In this document: piece by piece, positions 1-11,996 of the stretch
How positions within the stretch are numbered: the first letter of the stretch is position 1
Layout of the letters: each line of letters opens with the position of its first letter
From: Rhizaria sp. SCN 62-66
Lineage: Eukaryota
Assembly (NCBI GenBank): GCA_001724265.1
Contig: MEDY01000123.1
Location: 1-64,000 of the forward strand
Length of the DNA stretch: 64,000 nt
Direction: 5' to 3'
Translations under genes and position numbers: made by a program
Notes under the pieces: model-generated
The model's database searches: none
The model's input: only the letters and a program-made list of their open reading frames with translations
Told to the model about the DNA's origin: nothing

Positions 1-1
1 C

Positions 2-112
2 CGCACCCGTCAGGAGTGCACCAAGTGCGGTGCCGGCTTCTTCATGGCCAACCACCGTGACCGCTTCTACTGCGGTAACTGCCACTACACCCTCTTCTTC
101 GCTGACCAGTAA
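2..112 (+). CDS. RPS27A: 3' end of ribosomal protein eS31 (S27a, normally ubiquitin-fused), truncated by window start
   Basis: Frame 2 reads [36 protein letters not shown] then TAA (110-112). C-x2-C-GAG-x-FMA-x-H...YCG-x-C is the S27a zinc-binding motif. Not in the ORF track. Confidence 0.95.
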   Translation, partial: RTRQECTKCGAGFFMANHRDRFYCGNCHYTLFFADQ

Positions 113-653
113 GCGCTTCACAGCGTTTCCTACTGCGTCAGTATGAATAAGTGAGTGCCAACTGGCAAGCGCCTTCATACAGAAACACCTTCACATCTCT
201 GTCACATTCCTTTTATTCGCATATCACACAGCGCCACATATCATTCCTCTCTACGCTCCTGCCACGCAACGGTATACCTGTTCACCACAGTCGCTGTCTA
301 CTGATCCTTGAAATGCAGCTCGATCTATCCTCATATACTGTCGTTGTTGGTTTGAATTGTTAATGTGTATTTGCTTGTTTCTATCCTGTCACGCACACTC
401 TTGCGCTCACACCAAGGCTCCAAAGCCCTGTGTTATTGGCAAGTGTTACTGTGCGTGACATACAGCGCGCAGCTCCAAAGCCCGCACGCGATTAATGCTC
501 GTCTCAATTAAAGTATAAACATCGCATCCTTTCTAATGATCATTTTAAAACAATAAACTCAGCAGAGCAACTGTGCTTCTGCTGATTCCTGGCCCTAGCG
601 CTCACAGCATCGCTAATGAATGCCACTCGGTGTGACACACACACGGAGTGACA

Positions 654-3600
654 TCAACCGCGGCCCGGCGCGACGCCGGCGCGCTTGGCCGCAACGCCGC
701 CGACAGCCGCCTTGCTGCCCACGGCGCCGGCCCGGCTGCCAACCCCGGCGACGGTGCCGACGCGCTTCACCGGGCCCGCAGCGGCCGCGGCGACGGCGGA
801 GGGGACGCGCGCGACGGAGTTGCTGACGCGGGCGACCGAGACTGGTGCGAGTGCGGGCCCCGCCGCGGTCTTGCCGCGCGCAGCGCCCGCGCTCAAGGCA
901 ATGCTTGCCGCAACCGTGGGCAGCCGCATGCGGCCGCAGGCGAAGGCGGAGGCGAGGTCCGTGGCGTCGTGCTGCTCGCGGGCGTGCTCCGCCGCGCGCG
1001 CGGCCGCGGCCTCGGCCAACACTTCGCTGTGCGCGCCTGTGCTGACCGCGGCGCTCATCGCGCGCGCGATGTTCGCGTCGAGACTCAGCCCGACGGCGTT
1101 GGTCGTAGGCGCGGCAGCGACGCGGGGAGCCATGCTCATGCGGCTCTTGACCGCTGCACTGCCGTTACTGAGCCCGCTGTTGACGCGGGCGGCGACAGCG
1201 ACGCGGGGCGCAAGCGACAGGCGCGACGCCGATGGCGCCAGACCGCGCGCCACGGTCGCGGTCGCGGTGGACGTGGTGGCACCAATGCGCGACGCCGCGG
1301 GGCGCGCGGAGGCAGCGGCCACGCCGGGGCGCGGGGCAGCGGAGCCGGCGGCGGCCGAGGGCGCGGGACGCTTGTGCGCAAGCAGGGGCGCGCCGCGGGC
1401 AGCGCCGACGCTGGCAACGGCGCCGGCCACGGGGCGCGCGCGTGGCAGGGCAACGCCCGCGGAGACAGAATACGCAGCGGGGGCGGGGGCGGGGAGCTGC
1501 ACGATGGCGTCGTTGTCGGTGCGGGCGGGCCGTAGGCTGCCCTGTGTGCTAGCGAAAGATGAGTTGTTGGTGCTGCAGTTAAGCGCGTCCTCCAGGTCGC
1601 CGTTGAAGCTCGCGTCGAGCATGCGGTTCGTCATCGCGCCAGCGCCGTTAGGGCCGGCCTCGAGCGCGGCGGCGCGCAGCGAGGCGTCGAAGGAACCCCA
1701 GATGTCTGCGGGGCGCGCCTGCGAGGCCGAGACGCTGCTGCCGTCGGCCAGGCGCAGGCGCGGGGACTGACGCAGCGCGGCCGTTGCGGCGGCGGCAATC
1801 GAGGCCGTGGCGGCCGCGGCGGCGGGCTCGCACCAGTCCTCAGCCTCGGCGTCGACATCAGCATCGGTGATGGGGGCGGCGCGGGCGGCGAGCGAGAAAC
1901 GGCGCGTGCGCGCGTCGCCGACCGCCGATGCGCGGCGGCTCCGGCTGCCCGCGGCCGCGCCCGACGCCGAGACGGGCGAAGACGCCTTGAACACTGGCGA
2001 CGTCATGACAGGTACAACAGCAGCAGCAGCGGCGGCGGCGGTAGCGGGGGAGTTCGCGGCGGCGGCGGCAGCGGCGGCGGCGTACATGGAGCGGCGGCCG
2101 CGGCGGGGCGTCTCGAGGCGGCTCATGTTCTGCTCGATCTCGAAGTTAAGCCGCGCCATCTCGCGTTCACGGTCATCGTCAGCGTCTTCGGCAGCAGCAA
2201 CAGCCACATCGTCGTCGGCGACGTCGTCCTTATCGTCATCGTCAGCGTTGGCGCTGATGGCAGCCGCGGCGGCGGCGGCGCGGCGAGCCTGCGCGGGGGA
2301 CACGCCCGCGCCGATGGAGCTGAGGCGGCGGCGGCGCAGCGCGGCAGCGGACGCGGGCGCCGCGGGGCGCGGGGATGCCATCGCAGCCTCCTCTTTCTCC
2401 TGCTGCTGTTGTTGGGCGGCGACGGCGGCGAGCACGGCGGCCTCGGCGGCGGCGGCGGCGGCGACGCGCGCCGCGCTGTCCGCGCTGCCGCCGTTGCTGT
2501 TCACGTCGGCAAAGACCGAAACGGAGGACATGTCAAGCGGGGTCGCAAAGCCGCTGTCGTCGGCGCACGACACGTTCATGCCAGCGCCGCCGGTGCTGCT
2601 CGCGGGAGCGGCCGAGGATCGGCGGCGCGCGCCGAGGCTGCCGCGCGCAGCCGCGAGGCTGGCGCTGCTGGCGGGGATCGCGATCGCGGTGTGCTCTATC
2701 GCGGTGTAGTTCAGCGTGTTGTTGTTGTTGTTGTTGTTGCCTGCAGCAGAGTGGCTGTGGGCGCTCTCGGCCGCAGCGGCGTCGGCCTCGGCGTCGGCCT
2801 CGTCGAACTTGGACTGAAGCGCGGCCGACAGGCGCATGTGCCGGCGGCCCTGGGGACTGGTCATGCGCACGACGTCCTGCTTCGACGGCAGCATCGTGTA
2901 CTCGGTGGGCGAGATCGCGCTGTTGCCGCGCGACACGGGCGCCGACGGGGACTTGAAGTAGCTCGATTCGCGCCGGCTCGTCTTCTGGCCGCTCGCCAGG
3001 ACGCCGTTGACGGCGACGCGGGCGCGCTTGGCGGTCGAATTGGCCGCGGACGCGGACGCGGACGCAGAGGCCGCAGCGGGCGTCACGGCAGCGCTGTGCG
3101 CGTTGCCGCAGCCCTTGCCGCGCGCGACGGGCTTGGGTGACGCGAAGGGCGACAACATCCCCAGCGGTAGCGCGACCGCGGGCGTGGCGGTGGTAGCGAC
3201 GGCGGGCAGGGCCACGATGGCCTCGCCGTCGTCGCAGGCGCGGGGGCGCGCGTTCTGCTCCAGGTCCCAGTCCTCGTCGTCGTAGTCGATGCTGTTAACC
3301 ACGCTGATCGCCGCGCGCGTCGCCGTGTTGTTGAGCCCGTTGCTCTCGTCCTCGCCCTCGCTCTCGCTGTCGCTGGCGCTGTGGGCCACGGCAAGCGCGC
3401 GCTTGCGGGAGCTGGCGGGCGTGTCGCGGCGGCTGGACTTCACCGCGCTGGCGGGGCGGCCTGACTTCGAGGCGCTGTCCCAGGCGGCGCGACCCCCGCG
3501 TGTCGCCGTGCCGGGCGCCGTGGCCGCGGCCGCCGGGGAAGCCGCTGAGCTGGCGACGGCGCTGCTGAGCGCAGTGGCGCCGCTCTCGTCACGACGCTGG

Positions 3601-5316
3601 CTGCCGGCGTGGGTGTCGGAAGCGGAGGACGGGGACGCGAAGAGCAAGGCCTTGACGAAGCGCGCGTCGGTGGCGGCGCCGCCGGGGGTCGCCTTGACGC
3701 CGCTTGCGGTCACAGCCGCGACGGCCGCAGCAACGCGGTCGCCGGCGTCCTTGGCGTCGTTTGCAGCGGCGTCTGCGCCGTCGCCACGCTCGCTGGCCGT
3801 GGGCGTGGCCGCGATGCTGTCGCCCAGGAACGCGCCGCGGAACGCGCTCTGGGGGTTCGCGTCACCGTGACTGTTGTGGTCGGGCGAGTGGATGAACGAC
3901 TCGTCGGCGTACACGCTCGACATGCGCCGCGCCCGCGCCGCGCCCGCACTAGCGCCTACGCCCGCGAGGCCGAGGCCGCCGCCGCGGACCGGAGTGGCGC
4001 CCGGCACGGCGCGCGTCGCCGACCCGGGGGCCTGCCCACCAACGCCGCTGCCGACGCCCTCGCCGGCAGCGATCACGAAGTCGCTGTTGTGGCTCTGCGC
4101 GCGCAGCACGGTGGGCTGCAGCGGCGACGCGGCCGCCGACGTGATGAAAAAGGAGCCATCGGCCGCGGCGATGGCGACGGGCGTCTTGGCCCACGTGCGG
4201 CGGCGCTTGCGCGACGACGCGGCCGCCGAGCCCGCTGCAAAGGAGCCCGCGGGGGAGACGGGGAGGCCTGCGACTGTGGGCGTGGCGGCGGCCTGAGGGC
4301 TGCCCATGGCCGTCGCCGCCGCAACAGGAGTCGCTGTCGCGGTGATGATGCCGTTAGGGGGCGTGCGTGCAAGGCGCGCGGAGCCGGGGAAGCGCGGGGC
4401 CGAGCCTGCGACGGAGCTGGTGGCCGCAGCGGACGCGGCGGGGGTGGCGGCGGCCGAAGCGGGGGCCGAGTCCGCGGCCGAGCCGGCGGTCGTGACGGGG
4501 GTCGACGGGACGACAGTCGGCGAGGGCAGCGCGGACAGACGGGCGCTGGCGCCGCGGCGGAGCCCGGGGGTCGCCGGCGCGGCGGCCGCAAACGTGGGCG
4601 GCGCGTAGTTGTTGTCATCGTCGTCAGAGCCGATGGCTGTGTTGTTGCTGGCGATTGAGACAGAGGCGGCGGGGGCATCAATCTCATCCTCCTCCTCGTC
4701 GACCAAAGCGTCGTCGTTGACGTCGTTCATGGCCGCGGCCTCGGCGGAGAGCGCGGCGGAGTATGAAGGTGCGTCGATGGCGTTCATGGGGGCGGCAAGA
4801 TCCTCATCGGCGTCCTCCTCGACGTCGGCGTCGGCGTCGGCGTCAGCAGAGGCTGCGGGGGCGTCGCCGTGGAAGTGGAACGATGTCGAGGCCGCAAAGA
4901 ACGACAGGCGCGAGGGCTTGCCGTGCGTGGACCTGCGGACTGCAACAGGCGACGCCTCAGCAGAAGCGGGGATGTTCAGCGGAGCAGCAGGCTCCGGCGC
5001 GGTGTCGTCAGCGAAGGCGGGGGAGCCAGGGGTGGCGTCAGCGTCAACTGATGCGGTCGCGGCATACGTTGAGAGGAAAACAGCCTTAAGCTCCACGATG
5101 ATATCAGCGGACTATATAATAATAAAAGAAAACATACACAATGACTCAAAATAAGAGTATTATCTTTAGAAACGAGAAGACAACAGAGATATAGAGGCAG
5201 ATGTGACGTACCTTCAGGTTGGCCTTGACCTCGTGGATTTTAGCCAAAGATTGGAGTTCCTTGCGCGAGAGTTCCGTGAGGAACGAATCAATCGTTTCAA
5301 TAGTTTGCGACTCCAT
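654..5316 (-). CDS. ~1520 aa Ala/Ser/Pro-rich, largely disordered protein with an N-terminal SAP/HeH-like motif (NuSAP-like N-terminus); 2 exons (5316-5212, 5111-654)
   Basis: Exon 1 MESQTIETIDSFLTELSRKELQSLAKIHEVKANLK splices (GTACGT at 5211, AT-rich intron, acceptor TAG at 5112) in frame to SADIIVELK and the 1480 aa ORF. LSRKELQxLAKxxxxKANLK resembles SAP/HeH-type motifs. Many S/T-P sites. Ends TGA. Confidence 0.65.
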
Positions 5317-5412
5317 CTTGGCAGAAGAACTCACAAATACAACAACCGAAACGTTGTACTGCGAAGCGACAAAGAAGTGGAATGTTTTTATGACCGTTCG
5401 TCTGCCTCCAAC

Positions 5413-5423
5413 CCCAACGGCTA
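5413..5423 (+). promoter_or_regulatory. MSA/Myb-like element CCCAACGGCTA in the divergent promoter of the SAP-like gene and CCDC96
   Basis: Full match to the YCYAACGGYYA consensus, ~100 bp upstream of the ATG at 5316. A second AACGG core lies on the minus strand near 5394-5398. Confidence 0.4.
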
Positions 5424-5725
5424 TATCGGCTCACCGCCCACGGTCGCTGGCCAAGAGCTTTGGCCTGTCTATCCAGGAGTAGAGTAACGCCTCGATCTTT
5501 GGGCATCACCAGCGGGTCTTGACAACGTCTAATGACTATGTTGTTTAAACAATGAAAGTAACGGATGTATTCTCTTTATATATTTCTTTCATGGCTTCTG
5601 AATCTCTATTTTTGCTTGACTGCACTCATTACCAACTTTCTTGTTCCACCTCTTCTCACCTTAACTCTGCCACCCGTCCTCTGGCTTCGTTCTGTTCATC
5701 CAGGCGCGAGCGCTCCCTCCCAGCG

Positions 5726-6574
5726 ATGGCTGACGAGCACGACGCCTACAACACGGGCTACCCGGATGACGGGACGGGCTACGGCGACGACGCGTACGCT
5801 GACGACGGCTCGTACGGCGCGCACCACGCTGGCGGCCACGACGACGACGTCGAGGGCAACTACTCCGACACCGAGCAGGACTCGGCGCGCCCCGGCGGCA
5901 TCCCCGCGTACCCCGCCGAGGCGGACTACCCCGCTGAGGACGACGCGGACACGCTGGCCGCGATGCAGGACGACGACGCCGGCGGCAACTACGCTGAGGG
6001 GCTCGAGGACGACCACGAGCCCATCGGCCGCGCGGGCCGCGCCGCCGCCGCCGCTGCGGGGGGCGCCGGCGTCGAGGACGGCGATTTATACGACGGCGGC
6101 GACGAAGACGCCAGCCCCGACGGCTACGATTACAACAACAACGACGACGATGCGGGCGCCGACGCCAACTACGCCGACGATGACGGCGACGACGGAGCTG
6201 ACGCCGGCCCTGAGTCCGCCGCTGCTGCCGCTGCCCCCGCGGCAGGCGGCGATGGCAAGCGCACCTCGCAGGGCAGCTCCGCGCTCGACCGCATGAACGC
6301 GATGGCCGCGGCCGCGGGCTCCTCCACGTCTGCGCTGCCCGCTGCGCTCGCCGCGAACCTCGTCCGCGGCAGCGCCGGCGCCAACGACGACGATGACGAC
6401 GACTTCGGCGCCGGTTCAAGCTCCAGCGCCGCTGCTGGCGGCGCCGCGGGCGCGATCAGGACCGGCGGCGCCCGCCGTCGCCGCCGCGCGCGCGGGCACG
6501 ACGATGACGATGACGACAACGACGACAACGACGGCGAGGGCAACGATAACGACAACGGCGACGGCGACGGCGAC

Positions 6575-6607
<33 letters not shown>

Positions 6608-7729
6608 GACGAGGAGGAGGAAGACGACGACGCCGCAGGACCGTGGTCTGCCAACGGCGCGCGCCCGAACGTGCCCTCGAAGGACCTTGAGGTCGCCCGT
6701 CGCGAGCGCGCCGCCCTGCGCGCAGTGCACCGCGCGCGCCAGCGACTCATCCTGCGCTTCTGGGCTCAGGATGCGGGCGCCGCGGCGCGCAACGAGCTAC
6801 TGCACGTGGCCGAGGCGCGCGCGGGCGCGACACACAACGCCGAGTACCTGCGGTTCGTTTACGCCAAGCGGCTCGACGTGCTGTCGGTGGCGTGGGACCG
6901 GCTCGACGAGCGGCGCGAGGCGGCCGACACTAAGGTTGCCGCACTCACGGCCGTGCTGGACAAGCACGACGACAAGATGACGCGGCTGCAGGACGCCTTC
7001 CGCACGTTCCGGCGCGAGGTGGCGGCGCAGGCCGTGCACTCGAAGACGGGCCGGTCGATCTCGCGCAAGAAGCTGCTGTCGTTAGAGGAAGAGGAGGAGC
7101 AGGCCGAGAAGGTTGTTGCCGAGGCGCGCCTCAAGTGCATCACGTTGCGCGGGCAGATCCAGCGGCTGCTGAGCGAGATCAAGCGCCGCGACGAGCTCAG
7201 CGAGGGGCTGCACCTCATCGACTTCGAGCAGCTCAAGATCGAAAACACGTCGCTGTCGGACCAGATCGAAGAGCGCGGCGACCAGCTGCACAAGCTGCTC
7301 AAGAAGACTGTGAGCACGATGCAGGTGCTGACGCATGTGCGCGAGAAGCTGCAGCACGTGCGCCACTGCAACGCGCGCGCGCAGACGGAGCTGTCGGACA
7401 AGTCGGCCGCGCTGACGGCCGCGCGCGACCGCCTGGCCGAGCTCAAGCAGCTGCGCGACCGGCTGCGCGCCGAGAACGCCGCGCTCAAGCAGAAGCAGGG
7501 CTTCGTGGGCTCGGACGCGCTCGTGCACGACTTCGAGGAGCGCAAGGGCGCCGTGGTCGAGCTGCAGGCCAAGCTCGCGCGGCTGCGGGCTGAGCACGGC
7601 GCGCTACAGGGCGTCATTGCGCAGGCCAAGCGCGACACGGACCTCACGCAGCTCGCGCTCGGCGGCGCTGTGGTCGGTACGCAGGGTGCTACTGTCGGCG
7701 GGGCGCGCGCCGGCGGGTACCAACGTTGA
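5726..7729 (+). CDS. CCDC96: CCDC96/CFAP184-like ciliary coiled-coil protein (DUF4201) with a long acidic N-terminus
   Basis: Contains EGLHLIDFEQLKIEN...IEER...L.KL...VLTHVREKL, the hallmark of the CCDC96 family. The ATG at 5726 marks the start of GC-rich coding sequence. Ends TGA. Confidence 0.85.
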
Positions 7730-8164
7730 ACTGGACGAGGAGTTCGCAGTGAATATCAGTATATGATCAGATTCGTGTCCGCTTCTGGCCGATATGAAGG
7801 CCAATCTGCATGCTGCTTTATGAATGATACGGACAATATGGCCACGTATGTCGCTGTCTTCTTGAGAGCCTACAACAGATTCAATAATACACACGTTACC
7901 AATAGTTTCATCCGTTTTGTCGTCGGGAAATTCGTATACTGTACAATGATATCAATGAATGCTATGTATGCTACAGTTTGATAATGCATCTTAGCTAAAC
8001 AAAACCAAGTTAGTGATTCAACTTGTTGCTGGTTGATAGTTGTTCCTCGCAACTAAAAATTTGCATTTCAAACCTCAAGATTAAAATTGGCCCTACAACA
8101 CAAGTGAATCACACTGTTAAACACACGCCACATGTTATATTGCGACGCAGGAGGGTTGCTTTCA

Positions 8165-9118
8165 TCAATCGTGGGCCGCGGCGTCGGTGGCGAGCGGGGC
8201 GAGGTTGCGGACCATGAAGGGGTGTGCGAGCACCTCGCTGGCGGCGAGGCGGCGCTTGCCGTCAAGCACGAGCAGGCGCGTGACCAGATCCTTGGCGTCG
8301 ACGGGGAAGCCGGGCGGGAAGTTGAGCCGGCGCTGCGCGATGCGGCGGTACGTCTCGTGCTCGTCGGCGGCCTCGAAGGGTGGGGAACCAGTGAGGAACT
8401 CGTAGGCGAGCACGCCCAGAGACCACAGGTCCGCGGACTTGTCGTGCACCTGGCCCAACACCATCTCGGGAGGCAGGTAGTCGAGCGTGCCGCACATCGT
8501 CGTGCGGCGGCCGCGCGGCGCGTGCACGGACCAGCCGAAGTCGGAGATCTTGAGCTCGCCGTTGCCGTCGACAAGGATGTTTTCCGGCTTCAGATCGCGG
8601 TGGATGACGCCCTTAGAGTGCAGGTACTCAAGCGCGCTGGCGATCGAGGCCAAGTAGCGCGCTGTGGTGCGCTCATCAAAGCGGCCGGCCTCCTGAAGGA
8701 TCTTGTACAGCTCGCCCTGTTTGGCAAACTCGGTCACGAGGTACACGCGAGAGTCGTCATAGAAGTAGCCGTACAGGCGCAGGATGTTGGGGTGGCGCAG
8801 GTGGGCCTGAATCTCAATCTCGCGGCGGAGCTGGTTCTGGGTCTTGAACTCCTCGATCTGGCGCTTGAACAGCACCTTGATGGCGACGATGAACTTGGTC
8901 TGCTTGTCGCGGCTCAGATAGACGAAACCGAACTTGCCCTGACCGACTTTGCGACCGACCTCAAAGTCATCGAGGCACCACATACGCGGCTGAGCAGACG
9001 CCTGTCCCATATTCACAATGTCTGACGAGTCAGACGCGGTGGCAACGGACTTGGAGGTGACAGCAGAAGATTGTTGGCTGCTGGGGACAACGTTCTCCTG
9101 GTCAACAACGGACGCCAT
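8165..9118 (-). CDS. Aurora family Ser/Thr kinase, intronless, 317 aa
   Basis: GQGKFGFVY, VAIKVLFK, QLRREIEIQAHLRHPNILRLYGYF, HRDLKPEN, Aurora-specific DFGWSVH and RRTTMCGTLDYLPPEM. Ends with tandem TGA TGA. Confidence 0.96.
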   Translation of the reverse strand: MASVVDQENVVPSSQQSSAVTSKSVATASDSSDIVNMGQASAQPRMWCLDDFEVGRKVGQGKFGFVYLSRDKQTKFIVAIKVLFKRQIEEFKTQNQLRREIEIQAHLRHPNILRLYGYFYDDSRVYLVTEFAKQGELYKILQEAGRFDERTTARYLASIASALEYLHSKGVIHRDLKPENILVDGNGELKISDFGWSVHAPRGRRTTMCGTLDYLPPEMVLGQVHDKSADLWSLGVLAYEFLTGSPPFEAADEHETYRRIAQRRLNFPPGFPVDAKDLVTRLLVLDGKRRLAASEVLAHPFMVRNLAPLATDAAAHD

Positions 9119-9279
9119 TGTTGTCTATGGGGGAAGGACAAGAAGGAGCAAAGTCAAATTGTGACAAAATGGTTTGACAGAAAAATTATCTTTTATGCTA
9201 ATGCCAATACTCAATGGTGTAATAACGGAACATCCACGGATATATTGCGGGGGTAGGAAAGACTGTCAACTGATCTCTG

Positions 9280-9294
9280 TCCAACGGCTCGTTC
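9280..9294 (+). promoter_or_regulatory. MSA/Myb-like element TCCAACGGCTCGTTC upstream of Aurora kinase
   Basis: ~160 bp upstream of the Aurora ATG. The 13-mer CAACGGCTCGTTC recurs at 58533-58545. Confidence 0.4.
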
Positions 9295-9780
9295 TTGCTG
9301 GCGGCAGCATTTTCGCGAACCGCTCCAGACACAAAATTGACTTAGTTTTGCGAGTCATATTACAGCACATACATCGACATTTTTGAGCTAAAAATGCGGA
9401 TTAATGTATTGAATTACTACACATTAACTTGTCATTTGATCAGATGCACATTGCACCTGCTTTGTGCAATAGGCACGGTGCTTTTTTGGCATGGCCTCGT
9501 GCCCTATTGCTTCTTGTGGCTGGGACAAGGCTAAAGAGTGTCGCCTCTCTTTAACTTGCAACGTCGCATGTTTGAGTCGTCATTATTACCAAGCCACACC
9601 TGCAATGCAAAGTCTTTTTTCAATTCTTACCTTTTCTGTATTTACCTGTTTGATATGCGCTCTGTATTTACCTCGTTTCAAGTTTGATATGACCCAACAT
9701 GCAAAGACCTCACTGAGACCTCCTCTCTTGCTTTTGCATCATCACAGCTTTTCCTTGCTTTTCACCAGACATTTGTGTAT

Positions 9781-11959
9781 ATGGCTACTCGAGCTCTTCC
9801 GCGTATGCGCGCGCAGCTTGCGTGGCTGTACGCTTCGAGCGCGATCCAGCCTCGTGCCGTGCCTCGGGACTTTGAGATCGAGGGTCCTCCACCCCTCGAC
9901 CAACTCTCTGCTCCGGTCTCCCGTATCGGCTCAGCTGCCGCTTCTCCTGCCGTCTCTGCTGCGCCCACGCCTATCTACGGCCCTGCTGTTGCGCCCCCGC
10001 TTGGTGAGTTTGCGCTGCATAGAGACGTGACCTCGTCAGCCGCCTCGTTCGAGGCCCTGGCCTCTCAGCTCTCTGCGTCTCGCCTCTCACTCTCCTCCTT
10101 TGTCTCATCGTCACTGTCATCGCTCTCGTCGTTGACGAGGCACCCCACCGTCACGAGCGTTAAGACCCGCATCTTGCGTCTGGTGTCGCGCGTCCGCGCT
10201 TTCTCTCGCTGCCGCAGCGCGGCTGCGCGCGCCGCTGCCAGAGCCGGCGACGACTCCGACGGCGACGCTGACGTGGATGACGTTGAGGCTGGGACCGACG
10301 CGGCCGACGCCGAGGCCGAAGCGGCCACGTTCAGCGCCCCCGTGCACAAGATGGGCCACGTGCGCGACCGCGCGATCATCTCGACCGTGCTCGACGCCAT
10401 CGAGGCCCACGAGACCGCGATCGCAGCGCTCACCGTCCTCGCGAACAGCAGCAACGGCATCGACTGCGGCGACCGCGGCAGCGACAGCAATCCCAGCGAC
10501 AAGAACAACAATAGCGCGGCCAGCAGCGACTCCGCGAGCGGCGCCGCGCTGCCCCGCGCGCTGGAGGAGCTGCTGTGCAAGGAGATCACCGCGGGCTGCG
10601 ACCTCTGGCTGGGCCTCGCGCAGCGGGCGCTCGTGCCGGACTCGGCCGCCGCGCTCTGCTGGATCCTCTACGACATCTACCAAGGTACGTTTAGATGATC
10701 TTTCATAGCAAAAACCGACCACACACATTGTTCAAGTTGTTACGTTTTGCATTTGCATTTTATATAAATGCGCATTACATTGATTTAGATAAGATGTCTT
10801 ACATGTTTCCATTTAACCCATTCGAATTCCTCACAGGCTACCACACCTTCACCGCGTGGGAGCGGCCGGCGTACTCGGCGCCGCACCAGGTGCTGGCCGT
10901 GCTGGTGGTGCACGCGCTGCTGCTCGTGGTGGGTTTGGCTGCCGCGTCGACCGTGATTGCCGCGCTCGACGCCGCCGTGTCGCTCACGCAGTCCATGCCC
11001 TTCCTCGCGATGACTGCGACCACCCCGGCTGTAGCCTCCGCTGTGGCGGCAGCAACGACAACGACGGCGTCTGCTGTGGCCGTGTCGCTGCCGGCTCTTG
11101 CGGCGGGCCCCGCGACGGCAGTCACCGCGGCCGCGACCGATGCCGTGACCGATGCGGTCGCCGAGGCCGTCGCCGAGGCCGTCGCCGAGGCCGTGGCGGG
11201 CGCGCCTCCGCTCGACGCCGCGGCCGCCGCGGTGCTCATCGCGATGCTGGCATGCGCCGCCGTGCTGGGCGCGCTGGCCCGCCTCGCGCTGCGCCACCAG
11301 CGCAAGGGCACGGCGGAGTTTTTCGGAACCATGCATCGCTGCGGAGCGCTGCTCACGCGACTGCGACTGCTGCAGCCGCTGGTGCCCACGGTCACCTACC
11401 AGTCCTGCGCCACAAACACTGCAGATCCTTGCAGTATGACTGCGAGCGGCTTCAGCGTCATCAATGCGACCATGAACACCGCGGTCGCTTGTGGCGCTGC
11501 GAAGCGTCGGTGCGAGTGCGAGGCCAAGGCTGTGGCCAAGGCCAGGGCTCTGGTCCGGGCCAAGGCCGGCAGCTCTCTGTCCGAGGCCGACTCCGAGCTC
11601 ATCAAGCCCGAGGACGGTGCGGCCGACGGGGAGACTGTGGTCGCGGCGGTGCAGCTGCGCGACTGTGTGCCGAGCCAGGATGACGACGGTGACGACGAGG
11701 ACGGCGACTGTGCGCATTGCTGCACTGACTGCGAGCGGCAGCGCCGGGCCTGTGAGCACTGCGCGGTCACTGCTACCGATTCTCACAGTTCCGCTGTCGT
11801 TGAGGGCGGGTATATCGGCGGCCTTGTGATCACCGCCAAGGAGCTGCAGGCCCTCGCGCAGACTGCGCTGTGCCAGGCTGCGTCTGACAACGGGGGCCAA
11901 ACCGTCCACTCACAGTCGCTCAGCGGCTTCACGGCACTCGGCGTTACGTACATGCCCTA

Positions 11960-11996
<37 letters not shown>

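Noticed and set aside
417-483. Direct repeat GCTCCAAAGCCC at 417-428 and 472-483
   Set aside because: Only two 12 nt copies in a 3' intergenic region. It is not a CRISPR array and shows no evidence of being a mobile element end or target-site duplication.
2717-6630. Triplet microsatellites such as (GTT)n at 2717-2738 and (GAC/GAG)n near 6500-6630
   Set aside because: They simply encode poly-Asn and poly-Asp/Glu tracts within coding exons.
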